From the IMG/VR virus record IMGVR_UViG_3300029525_000001, positions 1,939 through 65,938 of that record: a DNA stretch of 64,000 nt, one strand, 5' to 3'. Positions within the stretch are counted from its first letter, which is position 1. Each line of letters starts with the position of its first letter. The notes beneath the pieces were generated by a model. The model ran no database searches and was not told the DNA's origin. It worked only from the letters and a program-made list of their open reading frames with translations. This stretch comes from a virus. Below, one piece after another: positions 41,501 through 50,812 of the stretch. The translations under genes were made by a program, and so were the position numbers.

Positions 41501-42673
41501 ACATCACGAAGCTCTATCATAACCAAGGAGCTCATCGTGAACCGACAGACAGCTATGGAGAGTAATTTCGTCTTCACAGAGAGCGGAATGGTTGAGTCGG
41601 TGACGGAGATTCCTGCGGCGGAAGGTGGTAATGTAACTTACAACTTGAAGCTTCAGAAGCGATGGGATAACGACTTTACGGCATTCAAGGAGAATGATGT
41701 TGTCTTGGCTTCCATCAATACCTTAACCGAGAATGGCAAGTATTATGATATGTGGCTGCGAGTACTATCTGTTAATACGGTAACGAATACCATCACAGTT
41801 GTCTGCTACCCCGATGATGAATGTCCTAGCAAGAAGAACTATCCGCCTTGCGAGCTGGCAAGATTGATACGATGGGGAAATGCGGTGGACGAAGACAGAC
41901 AGAGCTGCTGGTATATATCATCGTCTGAAGGGTTACTTGTATGGCTCGACCACGTTACAAAGCCTATCATTGACAAGACGAATTATTCTCTTGCGATGGG
42001 TAAGCTGCCAGATGCACTATCGTTCCTCTTCCAAGACTTCCCTACCGCCAACAAACGTGATGGAGCGTTCTATGCTAAGTGGATGATGGCTGCATCATTC
42101 CAGCAGATAGACTATCAGGGCAACCCAATCTACACGACAAGAGACAGAGGCGTATGGAGCTTGGCTGTGGCACAAGGCGATAATCCTTACCGCAATGGAG
42201 ACCGAACGATTGATACTGTATATTACCTCGGCTGCAAGTGGAAGTGTTTAGAAGACAAGACAACTAAGCCGCCAATCTACTCATCTACAGCTTGGGCATT
42301 CGTGGAGGGCAATCCGTATTTTACACTCGAAATGCAATCATCGAAGCTGTGGAACTTCCGTCTCAACGACTTGATGGCAACGAACGCTGATGGCTCTTGG
42401 AAAGTATTCACTACTCTATCAGTAGTCGGAAGGCTCTACAATCAAGACGTGACCGATTCTATGGTCAATGTGGTATGGACTAGAGACAGCGGAGACCCGA
42501 CCGCAGACAATAAATGGGCACTCTCTCATGCCAACTGCGGATTGTCGGTTGATTTGACCTATGAAGACCTTGGCGGTGCTGCATTCAAGATAGGTAGTGT
42601 GACATTCCGATGTGATGCCGAAATCAAGGATGGAGAGACGATGTATTCCGAAGATGTGAGTGTTAGTTTCTAA
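38570..42673 (+). CDS. large tail-tip/baseplate hub protein
   Basis: 1367 aa; ITGYGSSDNLPYYYP and GDLFVITGI...AEKRL motifs typical of Bacteroidales phage tail proteins. Confidence 0.75.
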   Translation: MKAESLYIQKLTYDENTGNEIIGLFPSEANPAIVSSYTYDAKRMGGAPTLTATIYSSEPLQWKKEEFVEYNGDRFFASYTPNSTKDNSSRMWKSEITFTSRRELLDNTLFFDVVVDDVDTHNKDRYRSNQTKFTFGGTIHEFVARVNSSMAYCGLYRPTDEYKGYYVVVDEGYGTDEVKEVSFEDQYLTDVLQLINTTFELDYYWDGSVCHVGKVQHDLTDTPIKYGSSDALISVSKENANYKIVDMITGYGSSDNLPYYYPNDDEFGEAIFDAKNIASEHVDVTLSDYLRYSKYNDNLVLFKSKKGKYEGNVDVSTLYVRDTYSPENLTQADNSQNPKVKCWFWVSIKINVKKGQIIDFSKISFNFELFDYIQKKENITNLSSATRTINIYTTYHDLYKNVCTDSNLGDACSVEFAEDGTFYIDIDAIFSYNCKVFTMDGKRTFYGSSAWKVSFSGDVVFSLDTNSEYSWKNGDNYIPLDNSGIYVNGIASAKYVEYDYNFGKNDEGIYGFDKIYTGTEDDAVQVSVTGRKWIAPSSVLMPSIYRNTKGAERFYYALNNAHKLPSGSGYYEFVNLYKKGNPHQGTVTFDDIKPTINGIVNAEGQLLGEIADVAFDKEDSDVKDSDGKYIHNYFYIKLHKFNGDFGFDLFAHALASESAKINLIKSNGCPACSFTIDCYWNSTKNKCYNNVLTDGNGNLKSDSGKMNSKGDYILNDTYVEDNKSNQDSTKEELWICVQKDTSTLGIIMPNASAGFKPQKGDLFVITGIKPPKVLVTAAEKRLDDALIKHMSENNTDQFNYSVKFSRIFLQENPDFASKLNENAKLSIQIQGDSDSDGNLISHEVFVSNYSVKVDNDELAEVEIELVNSLEVTKSDTKQIIDAVKGETVKSLSSMVGGSNTNSFNASITDKMYLSKLKDDTANGTITFQKVQKFLQGLTAEDLSQFKKGATFGEFVQGMLFGTGGRIDELGNAEFESITSRSSIITKELIVNRQTAMESNFVFTESGMVESVTEIPAAEGGNVTYNLKLQKRWDNDFTAFKENDVVLASINTLTENGKYYDMWLRVLSVNTVTNTITVVCYPDDECPSKKNYPPCELARLIRWGNAVDEDRQSCWYISSSEGLLVWLDHVTKPIIDKTNYSLAMGKLPDALSFLFQDFPTANKRDGAFYAKWMMAASFQQIDYQGNPIYTTRDRGVWSLAVAQGDNPYRNGDRTIDTVYYLGCKWKCLEDKTTKPPIYSSTAWAFVEGNPYFTLEMQSSKLWNFRLNDLMATNADGSWKVFTTLSVVGRLYNQDVTDSMVNVVWTRDSGDPTADNKWALSHANCGLSVDLTYEDLGGAAFKIGSVTFRCDAEIKDGETMYSEDVSVSF

Positions 42674-42694
42674 TGTTGAACTTTAAAATTGAAA

Positions 42695-43942
42695 GATATG
42701 CCAAAAGAATTAGCAGTAAGTGTTGATAAGATGATGGAGATACAGGCAACCGCCTATTCCCAGTCTTGCAGCATAGAGATAGTTGGAGACATCATCAACA
42801 GACAGCAGTATGACGGCATCGCTAACTCATATTCCCCGAATTACGCAATCCGTCCATGTACGATGTTTCCGTCATGCTTCCTCATAGACCCCGACAACCC
42901 TAACGAGACGGGCACATTTAACAGTCAGTTGGATTCATTCAAATGGTCGGAAGTCTCTACTAGTGGAATTGTCGTAGTAGCAACAAGTGAAAAAGCCAGT
43001 GTGGTAAGTGGTTATGAAGCCACAACAGAGGGCTTGAATAAGGGAACTCTCTTTATAAAGTCTAACTCAGTTATCAATAAGCCGAGAACAATGCGGTTTG
43101 AGGGTAATTGGACTGACCCGATAAGTGGATATAAGTACACATTCATAGCCAATAAGCCGCTCTACCTTGAAGACACCACTAATGCAAGGGCAGAGATTAT
43201 GCTTGATAGTGCTCCTACGGTGCTTTGGAATCCGCTCAAACACGCAAGCACAAGAACCATAACAGCAAAGGTTATGGTCGGTGCTATAGATAAGTCTGCG
43301 GACGCAAAGGCAAGGATATGGTGGTATCGTATCTTGGATAACGGAACAAAGCAGCTTATTTCTTCCGTTGACGATTCCGAGAACTACGAGATTACCGCCA
43401 TGACAAAGGCTGCAAACGGTCAGATTACATCTATCACCGTCAACTGTGATATGATAGGTGACGGAATCGGATATGAGGTAAGAGCCTGCTATATCTACGA
43501 AGGAAGTGTTCCATCTTCTCCTCGAACAGGAGACCCGAAGAAGGTTACCTATATCAAAAGAACTATTCCACCCCTCACTCCTCAGTTCGTAGGCGATGGC
43601 TTCGGTCTCAATTCTGATACAGCTTTCGTAACTTGTCGGGCTATCGTAAGTGACAACAAAGGAGTCATTGACCCTTCTGTATGGAATAAGATTATCAGAG
43701 CGAAGTGGCAGAAAGTATCTTATGGCAAGGTTGTTAACAATGGCGTAGTCACCATGACTGAGAATGTCACGGTGTTAGGGTACGGAGAGACGTTCCAATG
43801 TCCTTTCGAAGCGAAGAAGAGTATCCGTCTGACAATCGAAGACAGAGGTGCTTACGAGCTGATTGTTGACGAGAATGGCAATACCCTTGTGGATGAGAAC
43901 GGAAACTATCTTGTGTCAAGGGAAATTGACGAGAACAGCTAA
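42695..43942 (+). CDS. tail structural protein
   Basis: About 415 aa, beta-rich, in the tail-tip cluster. Confidence 0.6.
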   Translation, partial: DMPKELAVSVDKMMEIQATAYSQSCSIEIVGDIINRQQYDGIANSYSPNYAIRPCTMFPSCFLIDPDNPNETGTFNSQLDSFKWSEVSTSGIVVVATSEKASVVSGYEATTEGLNKGTLFIKSNSVINKPRTMRFEGNWTDPISGYKYTFIANKPLYLEDTTNARAEIMLDSAPTVLWNPLKHASTRTITAKVMVGAIDKSADAKARIWWYRILDNGTKQLISSVDDSENYEITAMTKAANGQITSITVNCDMIGDGIGYEVRACYIYEGSVPSSPRTGDPKKVTYIKRTIPPLTPQFVGDGFGLNSDTAFVTCRAIVSDNKGVIDPSVWNKIIRAKWQKVSYGKVVNNGVVTMTENVTVLGYGETFQCPFEAKKSIRLTIEDRGAYELIVDENGNTLVDENGNYLVSREIDENS

Positions 43943-43971
43943 TTATTGTTGAACTTTAAAAATATACGATT

Positions 43972-44334
43972 ATGAGATATTACGTTAAGGTAACTAAGGA
44001 AGTCGCAGAGGTAATCACCAAGGCTGGTGTCCCGCTTACAATGACGCATGACGGTAATTGCTTGCTCTATCAGAGTGAGATGAATGATGTTCCTGGTGTT
44101 AATCTGAGTGCAAGAGCTGCCTATGCTGGCGGTGCTCTCATAGAGGAGCATTCTGCTCTAGCTGAGATTGACGGAAGTGTAGCCACCCCTGCATATTGCT
44201 ATACCCCAGTCGAGTATGGTGGTGAGGGCGATACAAGGAATAATGATAACGGATTTGGCGCAGATAAGACAGACGTGTCTTCTGAATCTGAGGTATCAAC
44301 AGATAAAAAGGAAAGCGAGGTAACAAATGAGTAA
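43972..44334 (+). CDS. hypothetical tail-associated protein
   Basis: 120-aa ORF in the cluster. Confidence 0.6.
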   Translation: MRYYVKVTKEVAEVITKAGVPLTMTHDGNCLLYQSEMNDVPGVNLSARAAYAGGALIEEHSALAEIDGSVATPAYCYTPVEYGGEGDTRNNDNGFGADKTDVSSESEVSTDKKESEVTNE

Positions 44335-45406
44335 AGCATCAATAACAGGACAGATTGTTGTGACAAGCAACGGAACGACAATCTACCCAATCCTTCAGTG
44401 TACGACAGGAGACGTTAATCAGAACTATGATGGCGAGTGGAATGCGCCTACTCAGATTTCGCCTGACTTCGAAGCTAGCGGTGCTAGGCATCCAGTCATA
44501 GTTATGCAAGCCTTTTCAGCAGAGCAGGGCGCAGGTAATAACTTCGACCTTACAAGGGGTTCTACAACATGGGTTGTCGGCGGTGTGACGTTGGCGTTCA
44601 ATGATTCGGGAGTTTCCACTAATTCGTTTGGTGGCGTGTCTGGTCATTTTACCATGGGGGCTGATGCTAGCGGAAATCCGACCCTTACGGTCAATAAGAA
44701 CCTTGTGAAAATCAATAGCGGTGATTCGTTCAACATCGAAGCAAGAACAAGCCTGTCGCTCGAAAACACAAACATCAATCTTAAAGCTATGTACCCAGTC
44801 TATATAGCAAAGGGCGTTGTCAGCTCAAAGCGAGTGAACATTCTCCCTACTTCAAGTACGAATCTGTTCACTATCACAGAGAAGGGCGGTAGCTGTACCG
44901 TCAAAGCAGAGGTGACGGAAGGAACGTCCGTGACATCTAGCGGATATACATTCAAGTGGTATCTGCCAGACTCTACCAACGCATGGGTACTCAAGCAGAA
45001 TAGCGACTCTCCTACATTCACCATCAATGAGACAGACGTTGATTCATCTATTCTCGTTAAGTGTGAAGCATACAAGGCAGGAAGTTTTTATGCGTCAGAT
45101 ACTCAGACCGTCAATGACGTGTCGGATGAATATATCATATTCCCGAACCCTACGGATGGCAACGGAAATGCTGTAGCTGAGAACTTCATTCAAAATTCGG
45201 GAGGAAGCATCGTATACGTTCCGTACATGCGCAAACGTGGTTCTAAGACCAATATCGAAGATGTCACATTCAGCATGGCATTATATTCCAACAGCGGTAT
45301 TCCTATTTCAGGAGCACCAACGGTAAGCGACAACAAGTTTACTGTTACGGAATCGGCAATACGTGCCTACAAGGGCGCAGTTTACGTAATCACAGGTGTT
45401 AAATAG
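44327..45406 (+). CDS. Ig-like tail structural protein
   Basis: S/T/G-rich; YTFKWY...TFTI...VKCEAY Ig-like pattern. Confidence 0.6.
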   Translation: MSKASITGQIVVTSNGTTIYPILQCTTGDVNQNYDGEWNAPTQISPDFEASGARHPVIVMQAFSAEQGAGNNFDLTRGSTTWVVGGVTLAFNDSGVSTNSFGGVSGHFTMGADASGNPTLTVNKNLVKINSGDSFNIEARTSLSLENTNINLKAMYPVYIAKGVVSSKRVNILPTSSTNLFTITEKGGSCTVKAEVTEGTSVTSSGYTFKWYLPDSTNAWVLKQNSDSPTFTINETDVDSSILVKCEAYKAGSFYASDTQTVNDVSDEYIIFPNPTDGNGNAVAENFIQNSGGSIVYVPYMRKRGSKTNIEDVTFSMALYSNSGIPISGAPTVSDNKFTVTESAIRAYKGAVYVITGVK

Positions 45407-45413
45407 TTAGCTT

Positions 45414-46556
45414 ATGACAAAGGTTTTAGCAGAAGTAACTGGCTCTATCTCCTTCTCTCTGAAAGGAGACAAAGGGCAAAAAGGTGCTCTCATGCGTGAA
45501 CATGACGGTTTTGAATCGGGCAGCTATAGGTATCTTTCGGGTGCAGGAGAAGAAGCATACGTTGATGTTGTGTGTGTTAAAGGCAAGTGGTATCAATGTA
45601 CTAAAACGTATGACGATGCAACTTCTTCGCCTAGTTTGACCGACGGACATTGGACAGAGATGAGTAACTATAAGTCAATAGCAACTCATCTTCTTCTTGC
45701 CGAGAATGCTACAATCAATATGCTCGGAAGTAATCAGATAAATCTGTACAATCCGTCAGGTGGCGCAATGTTTGGCTCATTTAGGGTTGTTAGTGATGAT
45801 AATGATTACGCTCTGTGGCTTGGCGCACCGAATGGGGCTGATGCTCCATTCAGCGTAAAGAAAGATGGTTCGTTATATGCGTCTAATGGTATATTCGCAG
45901 GAGAACTAAAGGGTGTGGTAGGCTCTTTTCATAAATTGACTGCGGTTAGTTCTGATGGAAAGAAAAGCGCTGGTTCAATATATTTTGATAGTTCTGGCTA
46001 TATAACATTTGATGCAGATATTTACAGTCAAGGTACGAATCCAGAAAGGACTAGAGGTTGGCGTTTCTATGCTAGTACTATATGGAGTCGAGGTGCTTTT
46101 GGTCATAGTGATAGTACATTGGCAGTAATAAATGGGGCTAGTATGCGCATCTATCCAGACGGATACGATTTTGCATATACTGTTGTGAGACTAGAGAGTA
46201 CTACGTATGACAATAAAACCGTATACAAAATTCCATTGTATAGTCCTGATGATAAATCGGCCGGATGTCCTATTGATGTAGTAGTATTCAATTCTTCTAG
46301 AGCAAATGCTGAACATTATTACGAGTTTGTACCTGGAGGAACAGGTAAGCGTTGGATGGCAATAAATGCTAATGATATTAATAACGGAATATATTTCTGT
46401 GATGTCGGTGGATGGCATCAACTTAATGGTGGACAAACAATAAATCTTGTATATATAAACCCAGAATTACTTAATCCTAGTCAGAAGGGTAAGACCTATT
46501 TCGGTCGTGGTATCTTCTGGAGCGGAGAACATGATTTGGATTGGTCAAATAGATAA
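45414..46556 (+). CDS. tail fibre/receptor-binding protein
   Basis: KGDKGQKG, IATHLLLAENATI and APFSVKKDGSLYA fibre motifs. Confidence 0.65.
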   Translation: MTKVLAEVTGSISFSLKGDKGQKGALMREHDGFESGSYRYLSGAGEEAYVDVVCVKGKWYQCTKTYDDATSSPSLTDGHWTEMSNYKSIATHLLLAENATINMLGSNQINLYNPSGGAMFGSFRVVSDDNDYALWLGAPNGADAPFSVKKDGSLYASNGIFAGELKGVVGSFHKLTAVSSDGKKSAGSIYFDSSGYITFDADIYSQGTNPERTRGWRFYASTIWSRGAFGHSDSTLAVINGASMRIYPDGYDFAYTVVRLESTTYDNKTVYKIPLYSPDDKSAGCPIDVVVFNSSRANAEHYYEFVPGGTGKRWMAINANDINNGIYFCDVGGWHQLNGGQTINLVYINPELLNPSQKGKTYFGRGIFWSGEHDLDWSNR

Positions 46557-46576
46557 TCATAAAAGCAAAAATTAAT

Positions 46577-46867
46577 ATGAAAGTTAAGTTAGAACATCTC
46601 GAAGTATTTATGACACTCGACAAGAATCGGTGTCAGGTAGTTAACGCACGCAAGCAGATTGCAAACATCATCTACTCGCAGGGAGCAGGATTGGGGCTGG
46701 CAGGACAGGCTCTTGCAGTGAAAATGTGGAACGGCAACGATGACACAGAGTACACCGATGATGAAGCGAGAATCATCAAGGAACTCGTTGAGCGAACTAC
46801 CGCTCCCTGCTTCATTGACGCAGTGAATGCCGCTATCAGCAATGCGGCAGATAATGCAAATAAGTAA
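46577..46867 (+). CDS. hypothetical protein, possible fibre chaperone
   Basis: 96-aa ORF between the fibre gene and the DGR target. Confidence 0.55.
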   Translation: MKVKLEHLEVFMTLDKNRCQVVNARKQIANIIYSQGAGLGLAGQALAVKMWNGNDDTEYTDDEARIIKELVERTTAPCFIDAVNAAISNAADNANK

Positions 46868-46890
46868 TAACAATTTAAATACATAATATT

Positions 46891-47646
46891 ATGGCTATAA
46901 AGACAAGAAAAATCAGCGATTGGCTGTCTGCTAACGGGCAGGCGGTCACAAATGCTAGTAAAGCAACGATGGAAGATGCTATCAGAACAGACATAGGCCA
47001 GCTATACGATGGTGTATTCATCATGTTTCATCGCAAGAGCGATAATTATCCTCTTGCCGTTAGGGTGAGTTCTTGGGCATCATATCAGACCGGTGGAGAG
47101 ATAGCGGAAGGAGTTCTTCTTGTTGAAGGAGGAAAACATCTTGTGATTGCTCCAACCGAAGCATCTTCCGCTAAGTGGAGTTCCAAACCAGTTTCATCAT
47201 CTGATACGTCTGGTTCTGTTCAGATTAGCGGAGTAACTACGACAAGTGATAGAATAGCCGCATTGAACGACTTTGCTGGTCGGGCTAATACGACCGCTAT
47301 CATCAACGGAAGTACATCAAGCAACGTTACAAATACAGAGGATTATGCCGCAGGATTCTGCAACAGATATTCACGCACAAATGCTAACGGCAAAGGTCTG
47401 ACAGCAGGAAGATGGTGGTTGCCGTCAACGGGTGAAATGGCTATGATCTGGGCAAACTTCGACAAAATAAATTATGCCTTGTCTAAAATCAATGGAGCAA
47501 CCCAGTTGCAGACTACCTGGTATTGGACTAGTACCCAGACCTCGACGACCGGCGCTTGGCGCTTGGATCTGAACGCTGGCTACGTGAACTACAGCTATAA
47601 GTTCTATCAGTACAGGGTTCGTCCTGTTTCAGCATTTTTAAATTAG
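46891..47646 (+). CDS. DGR target protein with a C-type-lectin-fold C-terminus (DUF1566-like)
   Basis: GRANTTAII, WWLPSTGEM, YWTST and YRVRPVSAF motifs; carries the VR. Confidence 0.9.
   Translation: MAIKTRKISDWLSANGQAVTNASKATMEDAIRTDIGQLYDGVFIMFHRKSDNYPLAVRVSSWASYQTGGEIAEGVLLVEGGKHLVIAPTEASSAKWSSKPVSSSDTSGSVQISGVTTTSDRIAALNDFAGRANTTAIINGSTSSNVTNTEDYAAGFCNRYSRTNANGKGLTAGRWWLPSTGEMAMIWANFDKINYALSKINGATQLQTTWYWTSTQTSTTGAWRLDLNAGYVNYSYKFYQYRVRPVSAFLN
47533..47634 (+). repeat. DGR variable repeat (VR)
   Basis: 102-nt ungapped match to the TR; 13 mismatches, 12 of them at TR adenines. Confidence 0.95.
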
Positions 47647-47668
47647 TTAGTAGTTAGTTCTTTTCGCT

Positions 47669-47690
47669 CCCACGCCTTTAAGGGCGTGGG
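47669..47690 (+). promoter_or_regulatory. DGR homing hairpin/cruciform downstream of the VR
   Basis: CCCACGCC-TTTAAG-GGCGTGGG. Confidence 0.8.
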
Positions 47691-47724
47691 GAAGCAAGTT
47701 GTATTAAGAAAGGTATTCAGTATA

Positions 47725-48123
47725 ATGACAGCAAAGATTGCAAGCAAGACTAGAGTTTACAGAGATATGAAAAAGTTTCTGAATGAGGTTATTTACATCA
47801 TCAAAGACTTCCCAAAGGAGCAGCGATATGTTGTTGGAGACAGAATCGAGCGCACGGCTATTGATTCTCTTCACATTATCGCAAGGGTCTATATGGGTAA
47901 GGATTTGAAGATGAGAATTACTGATATGGTTGAGTTGCAATCAAACTTGGAATTACTGAATACCTTGATTGAGATAGCAGGAGAACATCAGTGGATAAAA
48001 GGCAGAGATAAGTTAGCAAACTTACTTCTGTTGATGGATAGTATAGGACGACAGAGCACAGCGTGGAAGGGTTCACTTACCGAAGCCTTGAAAAGGTCAG
48101 AAAGTGAACGTAGTCAGTGCTAG
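47725..48123 (+). CDS. avd: DGR accessory variability determinant (four-helix bundle)
   Basis: FPKEQRYVVGDRIE...IGRQSTAWK; located between target and TR. Probable start ATG 47725. Confidence 0.88.
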   Translation: MTAKIASKTRVYRDMKKFLNEVIYIIKDFPKEQRYVVGDRIERTAIDSLHIIARVYMGKDLKMRITDMVELQSNLELLNTLIEIAGEHQWIKGRDKLANLLLLMDSIGRQSTAWKGSLTEALKRSESERSQC

Positions 48124-48210
48124 GGAGGTACGCCAAACTAGGAGAACAGTCTTCCGAATAAATGGGCTACTACCATCATATATGGTAAAGAACAAGATAA
48201 TGTAGTGACA

Positions 48211-48312
48211 ACCCAGAACTCGGCGACCAACGCTTGGAACTTGAATCTGAACGATGGCAACGTGAACAACAACTATAAGTTCAATCAGAACAGGGTTCGT
48301 CCTGTTTCAGCA
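48211..48312 (+). ncRNA. DGR template repeat (TR)
   Basis: AAC-rich non-coding copy of the VR, between avd and the RT gene. Confidence 0.95.
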
Positions 48313-48346
48313 CTAATGAAGAAGACGTATTCAGGATAAATAGTAA

Positions 48347-49582
48347 ATGATAGATTTTGAAACGATATTAGAAGCATATTTAGACTGCCGTAAAAGAAAG
48401 CGGAGCACAGTCGGAGCTACGGAGTTCGAGCTTGATTATGTTCACAATCTTGTGGAACTTATGAATGAAGTTAACTCACGTCAGTATAAAATCGGAAAAT
48501 CTATCTGCTTTGTCGTCCGCTATCCTCGCTACAGAGAGGTGTTTGCGGGTGAGTTCAGAGATAGAATCATTCATCATTATATTGCGTTAAGATTAGAGCC
48601 ACTGTTTGAACAGATATTCTGCGACAGAACCTACAACTGCCGCAAAGGGAAAGGTCAGTTAGCTGGCGTTACTCAACTTGCTGAAGATATTCGTGAGGAG
48701 AGTGAGAATTACACCAAGGATGCCTATGTAATGAAGGTTGATTTGAAGGGTTTCTTTATGAGCATTCCTAAGCACATTCTTGCAAAGATGGTAGATGATT
48801 TTGTAGTTGAGCACTATAAAGGAGACGACAAGGAAGACCTAAGATGGCTTTGCAATCTTGTCATTATGCACAGACCAGAACTAAACTGTGAGCGAAGGAG
48901 TCCGCTTTGGATGTGGAACTTTATCCCAAAGGAGAAGTCACTGTTTACCAACGGAGAAGACAGAGGAATTGCTATCGGCAATCTCTTTGCCCAGCTGTTT
49001 GCGAACTTCCTGCTGAATGTGATAGATTGGAAAGTAGATGCCGTATGCGTAAGGCATAATAGGTATGTGGACGATATATCATTCGTAAGCAAGGACAAAG
49101 AGAAGCTGCTATCGGTTATCCCTATGCTCAGAACAGAACTCGGAAAGCTGGGTCTAAGGCTAAACGAAAAGAAATTCTATCTACAGCATTATTCCAAAGG
49201 TGTTCAGTTTACGGGTGCGGTCATTAAGCCTGGTAGAGTATATGTTGCCAACCACACCATCAACAGCTTTGCTTCCGCCGTGGAAAGATTAGGCAGGGCT
49301 GCTGAAATGGGGATGATTGATGATATAAAGAAGGAGATTGTCTCCGTCAATTCCTATCTCGGCATTATGTCACACTATAATGAATACGCTACAAAACGCA
49401 GGATAATGGCGAAGTTACCGCAGAAATTCTATGAGTACTGCTATATAGAAGGCCATTTTGATGTAGTAAAGCTTAAATACAAATACACGGAAAAGGCGAT
49501 TTTTATGAACATCGCCAAGAACATAATCAATAAGAGAGATGAAGAAGATATTAAAGGAAATGCCGACCGAGGAGGAGATTGA
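48347..49582 (+). CDS. DGR reverse transcriptase
   Basis: FRDRIIHH, KVDLKGFFMSI, GIAIGNLFAQLFAN and catalytic RYVDD. Confidence 0.95.
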   Translation: MIDFETILEAYLDCRKRKRSTVGATEFELDYVHNLVELMNEVNSRQYKIGKSICFVVRYPRYREVFAGEFRDRIIHHYIALRLEPLFEQIFCDRTYNCRKGKGQLAGVTQLAEDIREESENYTKDAYVMKVDLKGFFMSIPKHILAKMVDDFVVEHYKGDDKEDLRWLCNLVIMHRPELNCERRSPLWMWNFIPKEKSLFTNGEDRGIAIGNLFAQLFANFLLNVIDWKVDAVCVRHNRYVDDISFVSKDKEKLLSVIPMLRTELGKLGLRLNEKKFYLQHYSKGVQFTGAVIKPGRVYVANHTINSFASAVERLGRAAEMGMIDDIKKEIVSVNSYLGIMSHYNEYATKRRIMAKLPQKFYEYCYIEGHFDVVKLKYKYTEKAIFMNIAKNIINKRDEEDIKGNADRGGD

Positions 49583-49664
49583 TGCAATTCTCGATGGAGG
49601 GTACGAGATTGAGATTTGGACGGAAGGAGGAGCTGTATTTGCTGACGTGCTGAAGGAACAATAG
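49539..49664 (+). CDS. small acidic hypothetical protein (41 aa)
   Basis: Manual translation MKKILKEMPTEEEIDAILDGGYEIEIWTEGGAVFADVLKEQ; overlaps the end of the RT gene. Confidence 0.45.
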   Translation: MKKILKEMPTEEEIDAILDGGYEIEIWTEGGAVFADVLKEQ

Positions 49665-49756
49665 GACTTTTCAATAAGGATTGTAATGATGCGGTACACA
49701 GAATAATAGAGTTAGAAGAGATATAGATTCAGTAAAATTCGTTTAAAAACAAAAGT

Positions 49757-50083
49757 ATGAAGATAGTAAAGAACAGAATTATTCCCCCTAGAGGTTTCAG
49801 TTACGTGAACCTCTTCGGGGTTCTCTTCACACGAAGAGACAAAAAGATTAGTGATGTATCGCTCAATCACGAACAGATACATACCGAGCAGATGAAGGAA
49901 ATGCTTTACGTTTTCTTTTATATTTGGTATCTCATCGAATGGTTTATCAGGCTTATCATGCTTAGAGATAGCCATAAGGCTTATCGGGCAATATCTTTTG
50001 AGAGGGAGGTTTATGCCAATCAGGAGGACCTCACGTATCTTGAGAGCAGGAAGCGTTACCATTGGTTTTCATATATATTCTAA
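49757..50083 (+). CDS. HExxH membrane-associated peptidase-like protein
   Basis: LNHEQIHTEQ, a hydrophobic segment, and AYRAISFERE. Confidence 0.7.
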   Translation: MKIVKNRIIPPRGFSYVNLFGVLFTRRDKKISDVSLNHEQIHTEQMKEMLYVFFYIWYLIEWFIRLIMLRDSHKAYRAISFEREVYANQEDLTYLESRKRYHWFSYIF

Positions 50084-50086
50084 AAG

Positions 50087-50124
50087 ATAAGGCGGTTTGC
50101 CACATGGTGACCGCCTTATTTTCT
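50087..50124 (+). terminator. intrinsic terminator
   Basis: ATAAGGCGGT...ACCGCCTTAT-TTTCT. Confidence 0.75.
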
Positions 50125-50302
50125 GTTACTTAAACGATAAAATGATAACAAAACTTTCAGATTGTTACTTTTTATAAAGTTTAACACAAAAATATTCTCA
50201 TTTCCGCTGGTTTTGTGCAAAAGAGTGTAACTTTGCAACATCATTTAATTTAAATCAATGAATTATGAACAATTAGCTATAGACAAAAGGAGGTTTATTA
50301 AT

Positions 50303-50809
50303 ATGACACTAGAACAAGAAGCCGAAGTCCAACGGTTGATAAAGGACATTGATGTGACGGAGCTGATGGATATGCTTAAGAAGCATGGTAATCGGTATAG
50401 CAGGAGAATATTAAAGTTCTTCCGCTGGTTCTGCAAGTATGTGCCTATCATTATTATGTTCTTCCACGCATACGGCATTTGGGAGTTCTCTCAGCATCCA
50501 CGTGAGATGTTTATCCCATATAATGAAAATATGCCTTGCTATATCTTTATTTATTTCATGGTTTACGTCCTGCCGATGGTGACGATACTGGCAAGTAGAT
50601 TTTTCTTCTTGTGCCAGTGGTATCGCATTCCATTTATGTACTACTTAGGCATCAATGCGGCTCATATTGTAGAGTGGAGTTGGTACACAACTAAAGATAT
50701 GGTGGATTCCTGCTTTACGGTCATGGTCGTGACAACTATATTCTATTTGTATAGCTTTGCTAGAATGTTTGTTAATGATACGAAACTAGGACGTAAAATT
50801 TGTGCATAA
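50303..50809 (+). CDS. multi-pass membrane protein
   Basis: About four hydrophobic helices; promoter TAACTTTG at 50228; probable start ATG 50303. Confidence 0.7.
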   Translation: MTLEQEAEVQRLIKDIDVTELMDMLKKHGNRYSRRILKFFRWFCKYVPIIIMFFHAYGIWEFSQHPREMFIPYNENMPCYIFIYFMVYVLPMVTILASRFFFLCQWYRIPFMYYLGINAAHIVEWSWYTTKDMVDSCFTVMVVTTIFYLYSFARMFVNDTKLGRKICA

Positions 50810-50812
50810 GAT

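Noticed and set aside
38570..46867. Second DGR target (additional VR) in the tail genes
   Set aside because: I saw no further copy of the GTTCGTCCTGTTTCAGCA 3' signature; the scan was manual and targets outside the window cannot be excluded.
48347..49582. Group II intron, retron or Abi reverse transcriptase
   Set aside because: The adjacent avd, TR/VR pair and A-specific mismatches identify a DGR; no maturase or intron structure is evident.
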